A DNA stretch of 64,000 nt from Candidatus Levyibacteriota bacterium (GTDB taxonomy: Bacteria; Patescibacteriota; Microgenomatia; Levybacterales; UBA12049), in assembly GCA_016214555.1 (NCBI GenBank), contig JACROF010000012.1, forward strand, positions 203,485-267,484, written 5' to 3'. The notes beneath the pieces are model-generated. The model was not told the origin of the DNA and made no database searches. It worked only from the letters and a program-made list of their open reading frames with translations. Each line of letters starts with the position of its first letter. Position 1 is the stretch's first letter. The translations under genes were made by a program, and so were the position numbers. Below, piece by piece: positions 46,566-56,445 of this stretch.

Positions 46566-48781
46566 AAAAAGACATTATTTGGATCGTATTATTATTCATT
46601 GTTATCTTATTTTTTTTCAAACCAATTTTTCTTAATCAAGTTCCAATACCAGCAGATACGCTAGTCAATCTTTTTCATCCGTTTAGAGACCTGTATGAAT
46701 CTGATTTTCCACGAGGGGTACCTTATAAAAATCCTTTAGTTGGGGATCCTGTTTTGCAGCAGATACCATGGAGAGAGTTATCGATAGATATTCTCAAAAA
46801 GGGAGAACTCCCTCTTTGGAATCCTTACCAGATGGCTGGTTATCCACTATCGCAAAATATTCAAAGTGCATCATTCTACCCACTCAATATTATTTTTTTC
46901 CTTCTACCATTCATAGATGCTTGGTCGATATACATTATTTTGCAAGTTATTTTAGGAGGGGTATATATGTATTTGTATCTGAGAAATCAAAGAATATCTA
47001 CTCAAGGAGCATTTTTTGGGAGTATTGCATTTTCTTTTTCAGGATTTAGTGTTTCGTGGCTTGAATGGGGGGTTGTTGGCCACACGGCGCTGTGGGCACC
47101 TCTCCTGTTGCTTTCAGTTGATAAATTTTTTGAGCAGCAGAAATATCGATGGCTTTTTATATTATTAGTTGGTCTTACATGTTCAGCTCTCGGTGGTCAC
47201 CTCCAGACATACATTTATGTAATAGCACTTTTTTGTGCGTATGTTTTATATAGAACTTCATTTTTAAGAAAATATGTACGTGAGTTTTTTTATGTGGTTC
47301 TAGTATTTATCTTATCAGCATTGCTTCTTTCTCCCGTGCTGTTTGGCCAAATGCAATTTATTCTTATATCTGCAAGAAATATCGATCAGTCCTGGAGTGA
47401 ATTAGGATGGTTTATACCACTACAAAATTTGATTCAATTTGTTGCGCCAAATTTTTTTGGAAATCCTGCAACAGGTAATTATTGGGGTATCTGGAATTAT
47501 GGAGAATTTATTGGATATATTGGAGTGATCCCTTTCTTTTTTGTTATTTTTGCATTATTTCATAAAGTAAAAGATTATCTTTTTTGGCTGACCATACTCA
47601 TTTTTGTATTTATTTTTGCATTTGATACTCAAATAGCTCGTATTCCTTACCAGCTGTCTATTCCATTTTTGTCTTCAGCACAGCCGACAAGACTAATTTT
47701 TCTTGCAGATGTTGCTTTGTGTATTTTGGCTGCAAAAGGGTTTGAAATGTTAATAATGCAAAAGAGAAATGTACTAGCTCCAATACTCTTTTTTAGTGGA
47801 ACTTTTCTTCTTGTTTTTCTTTATAGTTTTTTTGGACAAAAGTTAGGAGTAATTTCAGAAGAAAACATGAAGATAGCACTAAAAAACTTCATTATACCGT
47901 TGATACTTTTATTTTCGATAATTATACTTTTTGTAGCTAATTTTTACATCAAATATATTTCAAAACATATTGTTATTTTTGTTATATTGCTCATTACAGT
48001 AGTAGATCTATTATTTTTTGCACAAAAATACACACCATTTACAACAAAAGAATATTTTTATCCATATTCCAAAACAATTACTTACTTAACTTCGCAAAAA
48101 GAATTGTTTAGAATAATGACTACTGACAGAAGTATTCTTCACCCAAATATAGCAACATTTTACCGTATTCAGTCTATTGATGGATATGACCCTTTGTATA
48201 TACAGAGGCTTGGTGAATTTATGATCGCTATTGATAGAAATGAACCAAATATTACCCCTCCCTTTGGATATAATAGAATTGTTCATAAAGGGTATAGACA
48301 ATCCCCGTTTTATGACCTATTAGGAGTAAAGTACATTTTAAGTCTTACTGATCTAAAAGAAAAAACTTTGAAGAAGGTTTATCAAGAAGGAGAGACAAGA
48401 GTGTACGAGAATCGTAATGCTTTTCCAAGAGCATTTTTTGTAGGTGCGGTTGCACATGCATTAACAAAAGATGATGCAATTCAAATGATTTTTGACAAAA
48501 AAAATCTGCTTAAAGATGTAGGGGTTGTCGAAGGAAAGAATATTTCAGGAAAGTATTCAGTCGGTAAAGTTTTGATTGATTCATACACAGAAAATAAAAT
48601 TGTAATAACTACGAACAATGAAGGTGAGGGTTTTTTGGTTCTTACAGACACACACTATCCTTCCTGGTCAGTGTTGATAGATGGTGAAAAGTCATCGATA
48701 ATCTTAACAGATTTTGCTTTTAGGGGAGTAGTTGTTCCAAAGGGGGTACATAAGATAGAATTCATTAATAAGCTACTATGA
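46562..48781 (+). CDS. YfhO-family GT-C membrane protein
   Basis: GELPLWNPY...G.P, GH.Q, GYDP, L.GVKY, YEN...FPRAF and YP.W motifs. Confidence 0.88.
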   Translation: MKKDIIWIVLLFIVILFFFKPIFLNQVPIPADTLVNLFHPFRDLYESDFPRGVPYKNPLVGDPVLQQIPWRELSIDILKKGELPLWNPYQMAGYPLSQNIQSASFYPLNIIFFLLPFIDAWSIYIILQVILGGVYMYLYLRNQRISTQGAFFGSIAFSFSGFSVSWLEWGVVGHTALWAPLLLLSVDKFFEQQKYRWLFILLVGLTCSALGGHLQTYIYVIALFCAYVLYRTSFLRKYVREFFYVVLVFILSALLLSPVLFGQMQFILISARNIDQSWSELGWFIPLQNLIQFVAPNFFGNPATGNYWGIWNYGEFIGYIGVIPFFFVIFALFHKVKDYLFWLTILIFVFIFAFDTQIARIPYQLSIPFLSSAQPTRLIFLADVALCILAAKGFEMLIMQKRNVLAPILFFSGTFLLVFLYSFFGQKLGVISEENMKIALKNFIIPLILLFSIIILFVANFYIKYISKHIVIFVILLITVVDLLFFAQKYTPFTTKEYFYPYSKTITYLTSQKELFRIMTTDRSILHPNIATFYRIQSIDGYDPLYIQRLGEFMIAIDRNEPNITPPFGYNRIVHKGYRQSPFYDLLGVKYILSLTDLKEKTLKKVYQEGETRVYENRNAFPRAFFVGAVAHALTKDDAIQMIFDKKNLLKDVGVVEGKNISGKYSVGKVLIDSYTENKIVITTNNEGEGFLVLTDTHYPSWSVLIDGEKSSIILTDFAFRGVVVPKGVHKIEFINKLL

Positions 48782-49728
48782 AAATTAGTATTGTTGTTCC
48801 AAATTACAATGGCGTAAAGTTAATTAAAGAAAATCTTCCTTTAGTCGTAAGCTCTTTGGTTTATTTTCGAAATAAGACCAACCATAATGTTGAATTAGTT
48901 GTCGTTGATGATGCATCCTCTGATGAGAGTGTGGAGTTTCTCAACTATTTTCAAAATAGAACAAAAGCCATAGATGTAATTATTGAAGTTAATAAAATTA
49001 ATAAAGGCTTTTCTCCAACAGTGAATATTGGTGTTAAAAAGTCTACTGGAGATATCGTGGTTTTGTTGAATTCAGATGTGATTCCAAGTGAGGATTTTCT
49101 TATTCCGCTTGTTAAACACTTTAGTAACGAAAATATTTTTGCAGCTGCATGTATGGATAAAAGTATTGAGGATGGGAAAACAGTTCTAAGAGGAAGAGGA
49201 GTAGGTCATTGGAAAAATGGTTTTTTGGCTCATAAAATGGGGGATCTAGAAAAGAAGAATACGTTATGGGCAAGCGGTGGAAGTAGTGCTTTTAGTAAAA
49301 AAATATGGAACAAGATTGGAGGATTATGTGAATTGTATGCCCCTTATTATTGGGAAGATATTGATTTATCATATCGAGCCTTAAAGTGTGGTTTTGAAGT
49401 TGTGTTTGAAAAGGAGAGTATTGTTATTCATAAACATGAAGAAGGGTCAATTAAAAAAAGCCAGTCTAAGCAAAAAGTTAATAAAATAGTTAATAGAAAT
49501 CAGCATATTTTTACATTGTTGAATGCGACAGATAAGAAAATTTTAGTTGAATATATTATTAATTTTCCATTATTTTTCCTTCGTGGAATTAAGAACAAAG
49601 ATACCTCGTATCTTTCTGGAACATTTATGATGATTGCTATACTTCCTCAAATATTATCGGCAAGAAAAACATTTCAGCATATGATGAGGAAATCTGATGC
49701 AGAAATTATTTCATCATTTGATAATTAA
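48778..49728 (+). CDS. GT2 glycosyltransferase
   Basis: VDDASSD, N.GF...VN.G, LLNSD and YWED.DL motifs. Confidence 0.9.
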   Translation: MKISIVVPNYNGVKLIKENLPLVVSSLVYFRNKTNHNVELVVVDDASSDESVEFLNYFQNRTKAIDVIIEVNKINKGFSPTVNIGVKKSTGDIVVLLNSDVIPSEDFLIPLVKHFSNENIFAAACMDKSIEDGKTVLRGRGVGHWKNGFLAHKMGDLEKKNTLWASGGSSAFSKKIWNKIGGLCELYAPYYWEDIDLSYRALKCGFEVVFEKESIVIHKHEEGSIKKSQSKQKVNKIVNRNQHIFTLLNATDKKILVEYIINFPLFFLRGIKNKDTSYLSGTFMMIAILPQILSARKTFQHMMRKSDAEIISSFDN

Positions 49729-49739
49729 TTATTTATAAC

Positions 49740-51413
49740 GTGGAAACAAAACTTTTTTCTGTTTTTCATAATAAATTTCTTCTTGTCTGCATCATCGTTC
49801 TTTCACTCATTGTTCATTTTTATCAGATTAATAAAATTCCTGCGTCGTTGTATTGGGATGAAGTTGCTGTTGGTTATAATGCATACTCTATTCTCCATAC
49901 TGGGAGAGATGAGTATGGAAATAAGTTCCCAATTCTTTTTGAATCTTATCATGATCTAAAGATGCCTGTTTTTGTATATCTATCTACTGTTAGCATTGCT
50001 GTTCTTGGGTTAAACGAACTTGCAATCAGATTCCCTTCCGCATTTTTTGGAGTCATTGGAGTTATTTTTTTGTATTTTCTTATTAAGAATTTAGATTTTA
50101 GAGATCAAAATGAAAAAACATACCTTGCATTGCTTTCAGCTTTTTTTCTAGCAATATCCCCTTGGCATATCATTTTTTCAAGAACTGGGTACGAGGCAAA
50201 TATTGCTTTAACCCTATTGATTATAGGATTTTATTTTTTCTATAAAGGATTAAGGCAATCATGGTATTTTTTAATATCAGCAATTTTTTATGTCGTAGCA
50301 TGTTATTGCTATAGAAGTTCATTGATTTTTGTCCCATTTTTTGTGACCTTTTTAACTGTTCATTTTTTTTCTGATTTAAAAAAAATAGAACTCAAGCAAT
50401 TATTGTTTTCAATTGTTTTTTTTATTTTTTTACTTTTGCCGCTCGTATCAGTACTCGCAAAGGGAGGCGACACTCGATTTTCACAGGTTAGTATTTTCTC
50501 AAATGTTAGTGATAAATCTATTGCCAATAATCAAAAAATGATTGAAAGTGGAAATGCCCTGTTTGCTAAGTTGATTTTTAATAGACGAATGGTGTATGTC
50601 AATGAGGCTTTAACTGGTTATTTTTCGCATTTCAGGCCAGATTTTCTATTTGTGTCAGGAGATGGGAACTTAAGACATACAGTTAGAGGAGCAGGACTTC
50701 TATATTTGTGGCAATTACCACTATTGATATTAGGAATACCATTTCTTCTTAAAAAAAACAGAAAATTTACAATAAGCATGATTGTGTGGTTATTAATCTC
50801 TCCTGTGAGCGCTAGCCTTGCTTTGCCAGTACCTCATGCTCTTCGTGTTATGCCGATGGTTGTTCCTCTTGTTGTTTTTAGCGCTGCAGGACTGCTGTCA
50901 ATTTTTTCTCTTTTAAAAAATACAAAGATCGTATATCTATTTAAGCTGGCTTCATTTTTTGTAATTTTTTTATCTTTTATAACTTTTTTAAAATTGTACT
51001 ATGTTCATAACACACAGATTTCCAATAGTGAATGGGGAGATGGCTACAAACAATTGGTGCAAAGAATAGGTGCGATAAGCAATAAATATGATAAAGTGAT
51101 AATTTCAGGTCATTATTGGCAACCATACATGTATGCACTGTTTTATTTAAGATTTGATCCTGCTTTATATCAGGAACACGGGACATCTGTTGCCTTTGAT
51201 AAATATATTTTCGGGGGAACAGACTGGGATAAAAGAGTGGGGAGGAGTGAGCTTGGCAATGTGGACTTAAGGAATTATGCGGGAAGAGCGAAAAATATTC
51301 TAGTTGCACTATCTCCTCAGGAGTATATAGCTCAACAAGACAAGGTGAAAAAAATTGACGAAGTAAAAGATTCAAATGGAAAAGTTGTATTTATACTCGC
51401 ATATTTAAATTAA
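49740..51413 (+). CDS. ArnT/PMT-like GT-C glycosyltransferase
   Basis: PASLYWDEV..GYNAYSI..TGRDEYG and AISPWH..FSR..YE motifs. Confidence 0.88.
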   Translation: METKLFSVFHNKFLLVCIIVLSLIVHFYQINKIPASLYWDEVAVGYNAYSILHTGRDEYGNKFPILFESYHDLKMPVFVYLSTVSIAVLGLNELAIRFPSAFFGVIGVIFLYFLIKNLDFRDQNEKTYLALLSAFFLAISPWHIIFSRTGYEANIALTLLIIGFYFFYKGLRQSWYFLISAIFYVVACYCYRSSLIFVPFFVTFLTVHFFSDLKKIELKQLLFSIVFFIFLLLPLVSVLAKGGDTRFSQVSIFSNVSDKSIANNQKMIESGNALFAKLIFNRRMVYVNEALTGYFSHFRPDFLFVSGDGNLRHTVRGAGLLYLWQLPLLILGIPFLLKKNRKFTISMIVWLLISPVSASLALPVPHALRVMPMVVPLVVFSAAGLLSIFSLLKNTKIVYLFKLASFFVIFLSFITFLKLYYVHNTQISNSEWGDGYKQLVQRIGAISNKYDKVIISGHYWQPYMYALFYLRFDPALYQEHGTSVAFDKYIFGGTDWDKRVGRSELGNVDLRNYAGRAKNILVALSPQEYIAQQDKVKKIDEVKDSNGKVVFILAYLN

Positions 51414-51434
51414 TCTGTTTGTTATACTAAGAAT

Positions 51435-53057
51435 GTGAGAAAAAATGTTGTATTTTTATTGTTAATTGTTTTTTTGGGTGGATTATTGCGTTTTTGGGGC
51501 TTAACTAATGTTCCACCGAGTCTTTATTGGGACGAAGTGTCTCAAGGTTATAATGCCTATTCTATTCTAAAGACTGGAAAAGACGAACATCAAGAAAGTT
51601 TTCCAATCACGCGGTTCCAAGCATTTGGTGACAATAAAGCTCCAGTAAACATTTATCTCACAGTTATTTCACTTGGAATGTTTGGGAAAAATGATTTTTC
51701 AGTAAGATTTCCATCAGCATTTTTGGGAACAATGACAATAGTAATGACGTTTTTTTTGGTAAAATTTCTTTTTTACTACGAAAAAGAGAAAGATTTGCTT
51801 GCACTCGTTTCCTCACTTTTCCTTGCTATATCTCCTTGGCATATTCAATTATCCCGTGCTGCGTATGAAGGAAACATTGCGACGTTTTTTACGGTAGCAG
51901 CATTAGCATTGTTTTTTGTGTCACTTGTAAAAAACAAATGGTATTTTTTAGGAAGTGTAATTTGCTTTGTTTTAGCATTTTATTCATTTAATGCGCATCG
52001 GGTATTTATCCCCATTATAGTTTTATTTATTGGGTTGCTGTATTGGAAAAATATCCTAAAGAAAAAGAAAGTCTTTTTTATTAGCATAACTACAGGTATT
52101 TTGTTGCTGCTGCCATTCCTTTTCTATTTACAAACCCCAGAAAGCAGATTGAGATTTAATGAAGTTAATATTTTTTCAGATATTGGAGTAATCGAACAGT
52201 CTAATAAATTACTTGCGAATGATACTGTGTCAATCTTGAAAGTATTTGATAATAGAAGAGTATTATTTTTAGAATCATATTTTAAACATTATTTTGATTT
52301 TTATAACCCTGTATATTTATTTATCAAAGGAGATGTTAATCCCAGATTCTCAGATCAGTTTAATGGAGAGTTGTATTTGTGGATTTTACCTTTATTGTTA
52401 ATAGGTTTTTATGGTCTCTATCTTAGGAAATCTCGAGTTGCATTATTTATAGTTGGATGGTTTTTGATTGCTCCACTTGCAGCAGCAACTGCAAGAGAGA
52501 CGCCTCATGCGCTTCGGAGTGAGACCTTTATTCCTGTTTTTGAGATCATTTCTGGTGTGGGTGTGCTCTCATTTTTTTCATCTATCAAGACGCACAGAAG
52601 TGTTTATAGAACTTCAGTATTATTTGGGTGTTTTATCATCGTTTTTTCTTTATACGCATTTTTTCATAACTATTTTTCTCATAATTCCAAACTTAATTCT
52701 TATGATTGGCAGTACGGATATAGACAGGCAATTGAGTATGTTGAGAGCGTAAAGAAAGATTACAACAAGATTTATTTTACCAATACGTATGGTAGGCCCT
52801 CAATATATGTTGCATGGTACTCAAACATTTCTCCTCAAGAGTATTGGAGGGGGATACGTACCGTTAAGGATTCGGTTGGATTTTATAACACCCCTCAGCT
52901 CAATAATTATTTTTTTGTAAATGAATTTCCACAAAACATTGATAATAAAACTATTATTGTAACTGAGCAATCAAAAAAATTAAAAGACGTAAGTATTCTT
53001 AAAACAGTAAATTTTTTAAATGGTGATCCAGCTTTTGTTATTGCAAAGGGGAAATGA
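51435..53057 (+). CDS. ArnT/PMT-like GT-C glycosyltransferase
   Basis: PPSLYWDEVSQGYNAYSILKTGKDE and PHALR motifs. Confidence 0.88.
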   Translation: MRKNVVFLLLIVFLGGLLRFWGLTNVPPSLYWDEVSQGYNAYSILKTGKDEHQESFPITRFQAFGDNKAPVNIYLTVISLGMFGKNDFSVRFPSAFLGTMTIVMTFFLVKFLFYYEKEKDLLALVSSLFLAISPWHIQLSRAAYEGNIATFFTVAALALFFVSLVKNKWYFLGSVICFVLAFYSFNAHRVFIPIIVLFIGLLYWKNILKKKKVFFISITTGILLLLPFLFYLQTPESRLRFNEVNIFSDIGVIEQSNKLLANDTVSILKVFDNRRVLFLESYFKHYFDFYNPVYLFIKGDVNPRFSDQFNGELYLWILPLLLIGFYGLYLRKSRVALFIVGWFLIAPLAAATARETPHALRSETFIPVFEIISGVGVLSFFSSIKTHRSVYRTSVLFGCFIIVFSLYAFFHNYFSHNSKLNSYDWQYGYRQAIEYVESVKKDYNKIYFTNTYGRPSIYVAWYSNISPQEYWRGIRTVKDSVGFYNTPQLNNYFFVNEFPQNIDNKTIIVTEQSKKLKDVSILKTVNFLNGDPAFVIAKGK

Positions 53058-54661
53058 TGAAAAAAAACTTAATCTTACTTACTATTATTGTTTTCTTGGG
53101 AGTTTTTATAAGATTTTATCAATTAGGTAGTGTGCCTCTTTCGTTAAATTGGGATGAGGTGTCAATAGGATACAACGCTTACTCAATTCTCCATTCAGGA
53201 AAAGACGAATACGGCACAACTTATCCTCTCACATTTCGTTCATTTGGAGATTATAAACAGCCAGTTTATATATATCTTAGTACTATTCCTATTAAATTTC
53301 TTGGTTTAAACGAAGTATCTGTAAGATTTCTTTCTTCGTTTATGGGATCAATAAGCGTTATTTTTGTGTACCTCTTAGTAAGAGAGTTATTTTATAAATC
53401 AAAAAACAAAGAAACATTTGCAATTTTTTCTACAGGATTATATGCAATTTCTCCTTGGTCAGTACAGTTTAGTCGATTTGCATCAGAGGCTAATGTTGGT
53501 ATGTGTCTTGTTATCGGTGGAGCATTTTTATTTTTATATGCAATAAGAAAAAATAATCTTTTTTACCTATTACTCTCAGCAATCATTTTTACTTTTAGTA
53601 TGTATACATACCATAGTCAAAAAGTATTTACCCCTTTTCTTGTTTGCATTCTATTTGTTATTCATTTCCGATATTTATTAAAAAATAGAGTAAAAACGTT
53701 GTTGTTTATTGTTCTTTTCATTCTTTTAAATTTATTTTGGATTGTTGATCCCTCATCCACAGCAAGAGGGAAAAGTGTATTGATAACATCAGGACAGACG
53801 CAACTTCTCGAAAATCCAATTAAATATGGATATCAAGACAAACAAAGTGGAGACGTTATTGGTGCAATTCTTCACAATAGGAGAGCGGTCTATCTGCAAG
53901 TCTTCCTAAAAAATTACCTTTCACACTTTGACCCATCATTCCTCTTTTTGGAGGGAGATAACGCGAGACACCATGCTCCTTATATGGGAGTTGAATATTT
54001 AATAACTCTTCCATTTATCGTTATTGGGTTGTTGCATTTATGGAGAAATTACCGCTTTCAAGCGAAATTTTTATCTGCATGGTTAATTGTCGCGCCAATT
54101 ACGTCATCATTAGCAATTGATTCTCCAAATGCAATAAGAAGTATGATGTTTCTTCCAATACTTCAAATATTTGGTGCTTTTGGCATATGGAGCATGTATC
54201 AACAGTTGAAGTATCGTATGAAAAAAATAATTATTTTATTAATTATTGTTGGATATTTAGTGAATTTTTCCTACTATCTCCATCATTACTTTAATCACAC
54301 AAATCTTCTCTATGCGAGATATTGGCAGTTTGGTTATAAAGAAGCTGTTTTGAAAGCTACATCGATTAAAGACATCCCTGTTGTTTTTGCTCCCGATATT
54401 GAACAAGGCTACGTATTTTATCTTTTTTATTCACAGCAAAATCCATCTAAATACCTAGAGAAAAATGGATCAGACATGGCAAGTGATAAGTGTTTTGGCA
54501 TAGAGAATAAATACTTTGGCAACTGCCTTGATCAGTTTGATAAAGGATATTATGTTTCTTCAAAGCCACTTCCACAAACGTTGAATAGTGAAAGTAATGA
54601 GATGATTAGCTATCCTGATAAAACAACAGCAGTTACTTTGTATCGATTTACTAAAAAATAA
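53054..54661 (+). CDS. ArnT/PMT-like GT-C glycosyltransferase
   Basis: PLSLNWDEVSIGYNAYSILHSGKDEYG and FGDYK motifs. Confidence 0.88.
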   Translation: MMKKNLILLTIIVFLGVFIRFYQLGSVPLSLNWDEVSIGYNAYSILHSGKDEYGTTYPLTFRSFGDYKQPVYIYLSTIPIKFLGLNEVSVRFLSSFMGSISVIFVYLLVRELFYKSKNKETFAIFSTGLYAISPWSVQFSRFASEANVGMCLVIGGAFLFLYAIRKNNLFYLLLSAIIFTFSMYTYHSQKVFTPFLVCILFVIHFRYLLKNRVKTLLFIVLFILLNLFWIVDPSSTARGKSVLITSGQTQLLENPIKYGYQDKQSGDVIGAILHNRRAVYLQVFLKNYLSHFDPSFLFLEGDNARHHAPYMGVEYLITLPFIVIGLLHLWRNYRFQAKFLSAWLIVAPITSSLAIDSPNAIRSMMFLPILQIFGAFGIWSMYQQLKYRMKKIIILLIIVGYLVNFSYYLHHYFNHTNLLYARYWQFGYKEAVLKATSIKDIPVVFAPDIEQGYVFYLFYSQQNPSKYLEKNGSDMASDKCFGIENKYFGNCLDQFDKGYYVSSKPLPQTLNSESNEMISYPDKTTAVTLYRFTKK

Positions 54662-54700
54662 ACTGTTGCGAAGGGTGTATAAGTTATATACTATTTTTAT

Positions 54701-56443
54701 ATGCTAAATGTTAAGCGAATAAGGATTTTATCGAAAGCATATCAATGGCTTAAGAAAAATGATCACGCTGTTGTTTCGCTTTTTTTCTCCCTCGTCTTAG
54801 CCGTTCTTCTTGTGAATGCATTTCATGAAATGTACCCTGATGAGTTCGATAACATTTTGGGGGGATGGTATATAACTCATGGAGTTCCTATTTATACTGG
54901 TTTCTTTACTCACCATGGTCCAGTTGCCTATTTCATTTCGGCAGTTATTACACTAGTAACCCAGAATTCTTTTGTTGCATTTCGAATAGCTTTTGCTATT
55001 TTAGTTTTTTCTCACCTTGTCTGGTCCTATGTTTATTTGAGAAGAAAAGTTGGTAAAGATAGAAGCGTTTTCTATCTTGTATTTGTTGGAATAATAGCAC
55101 TTGCTGGGAATTATTACTGGTTACACATGATCCTTGCTGATACACTTGCAGCATATTTTTTAGCACCTGTTATTGCACTTTTATTAATCTCAAGCTACTT
55201 CAAACTAGCCTTAACAAGGAAAGATATGATCGTTATTTCGTTATTAACGTCAATGACAGTCTTGAGCTCACTTACTTTCCTTTTTTTGTCAATACTTATA
55301 TATCTATATAGTTGTTACTTTTATTTACGTTCAAATAGCATAAAGATTTTTTCTCGAAGAACAGGAGAGCTAGCTTTGATTTTTCTTGCTCCCTATTTTG
55401 TTTTTTTCGTATACCTCGTTGCAACAGCTAGTTTAAAAGAATATATATACCAAGGGTGGGTATTTAATCAAAAATATTATGTTTATAACTATCCACGTCC
55501 CGATGGGGTAACAAGAATTAACCCGATTCGTTATGCAGTTGTAATCGCTAATACATTTTATAACAGCTATTTCACACTTCTTGAACAAGTGAAGACTCTC
55601 AATATTGGTTTTCCTTTGAATATAACCCTTGCGTCAGGAACCTTTGGTACTGCATTATATTTTTTTATTAAAAAAAGATACCTGTTTGCAACAACTTTTC
55701 TTGGATTTTTGATATATGCAAATTCTCGAAGTGATCCATTAAATTCAAAAGAGACTGATTATCAATCTGCAGTTTATATCATGATAGCATTTATTGTTAT
55801 TCCTTTTATCCTCATTGAGATTTTTCGGAAGGTTGATGACAACAAAAGGCTTGGAGAGCGAATCGTTTCAATAGTACTGTTCTTAACTATTGGATTTTAT
55901 GCACTGTTTTCTTCTCTATTTTTATTTCAAAAATTTTTCAATAGAACATATGAGAAATATATGGGTTATGCTTCCCTTATTTATGATAGACCAGAAATTG
56001 CGCCAGTAATAAATAAAATTGTTGATGTGAATGAGCCTGTTTGGATTGGCCCCTTTGAGTTTAGAGAGCTATTGTATGTACATGGAAAACCTGCATCACA
56101 GTACCAAATTTTTATTCCAGGGATGGGTTATTCGCCTGAGATAAGAGGTAAATTTATTCAAGATTTTGAAAAAAGTAAACCTTCAATAATTTATTTTCAA
56201 AAAACATACTTTATCTTAGGAAGAAGTCCTGAGACGTATGGTCAATTTTTTCTTGACTATCTTAATTCACATTATATAACCCTTTTTGATTATAGAGATA
56301 ATGGAATTAGATATAGATCAACAGTGGCAAAATCAGATACCCTCGATTTAGAAGGAAGATTGTATATAAGGAAAGAGAAAGCAAGAGATGTTATTAGGAG
56401 AATGCTAGATCAGAAACTTGTTTATCCATCATCTGAGGAATAG
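54701..56443 (+). CDS. Polytopic membrane protein, probable GT-C glycosyltransferase
   Basis: YPDEFDN...G......G..IY..FF.HHGP first-loop motif; C-terminal soluble domain. Confidence 0.75.
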   Translation: MLNVKRIRILSKAYQWLKKNDHAVVSLFFSLVLAVLLVNAFHEMYPDEFDNILGGWYITHGVPIYTGFFTHHGPVAYFISAVITLVTQNSFVAFRIAFAILVFSHLVWSYVYLRRKVGKDRSVFYLVFVGIIALAGNYYWLHMILADTLAAYFLAPVIALLLISSYFKLALTRKDMIVISLLTSMTVLSSLTFLFLSILIYLYSCYFYLRSNSIKIFSRRTGELALIFLAPYFVFFVYLVATASLKEYIYQGWVFNQKYYVYNYPRPDGVTRINPIRYAVVIANTFYNSYFTLLEQVKTLNIGFPLNITLASGTFGTALYFFIKKRYLFATTFLGFLIYANSRSDPLNSKETDYQSAVYIMIAFIVIPFILIEIFRKVDDNKRLGERIVSIVLFLTIGFYALFSSLFLFQKFFNRTYEKYMGYASLIYDRPEIAPVINKIVDVNEPVWIGPFEFRELLYVHGKPASQYQIFIPGMGYSPEIRGKFIQDFEKSKPSIIYFQKTYFILGRSPETYGQFFLDYLNSHYITLFDYRDNGIRYRSTVAKSDTLDLEGRLYIRKEKARDVIRRMLDQKLVYPSSEE

Positions 56444-56445
56444 AT

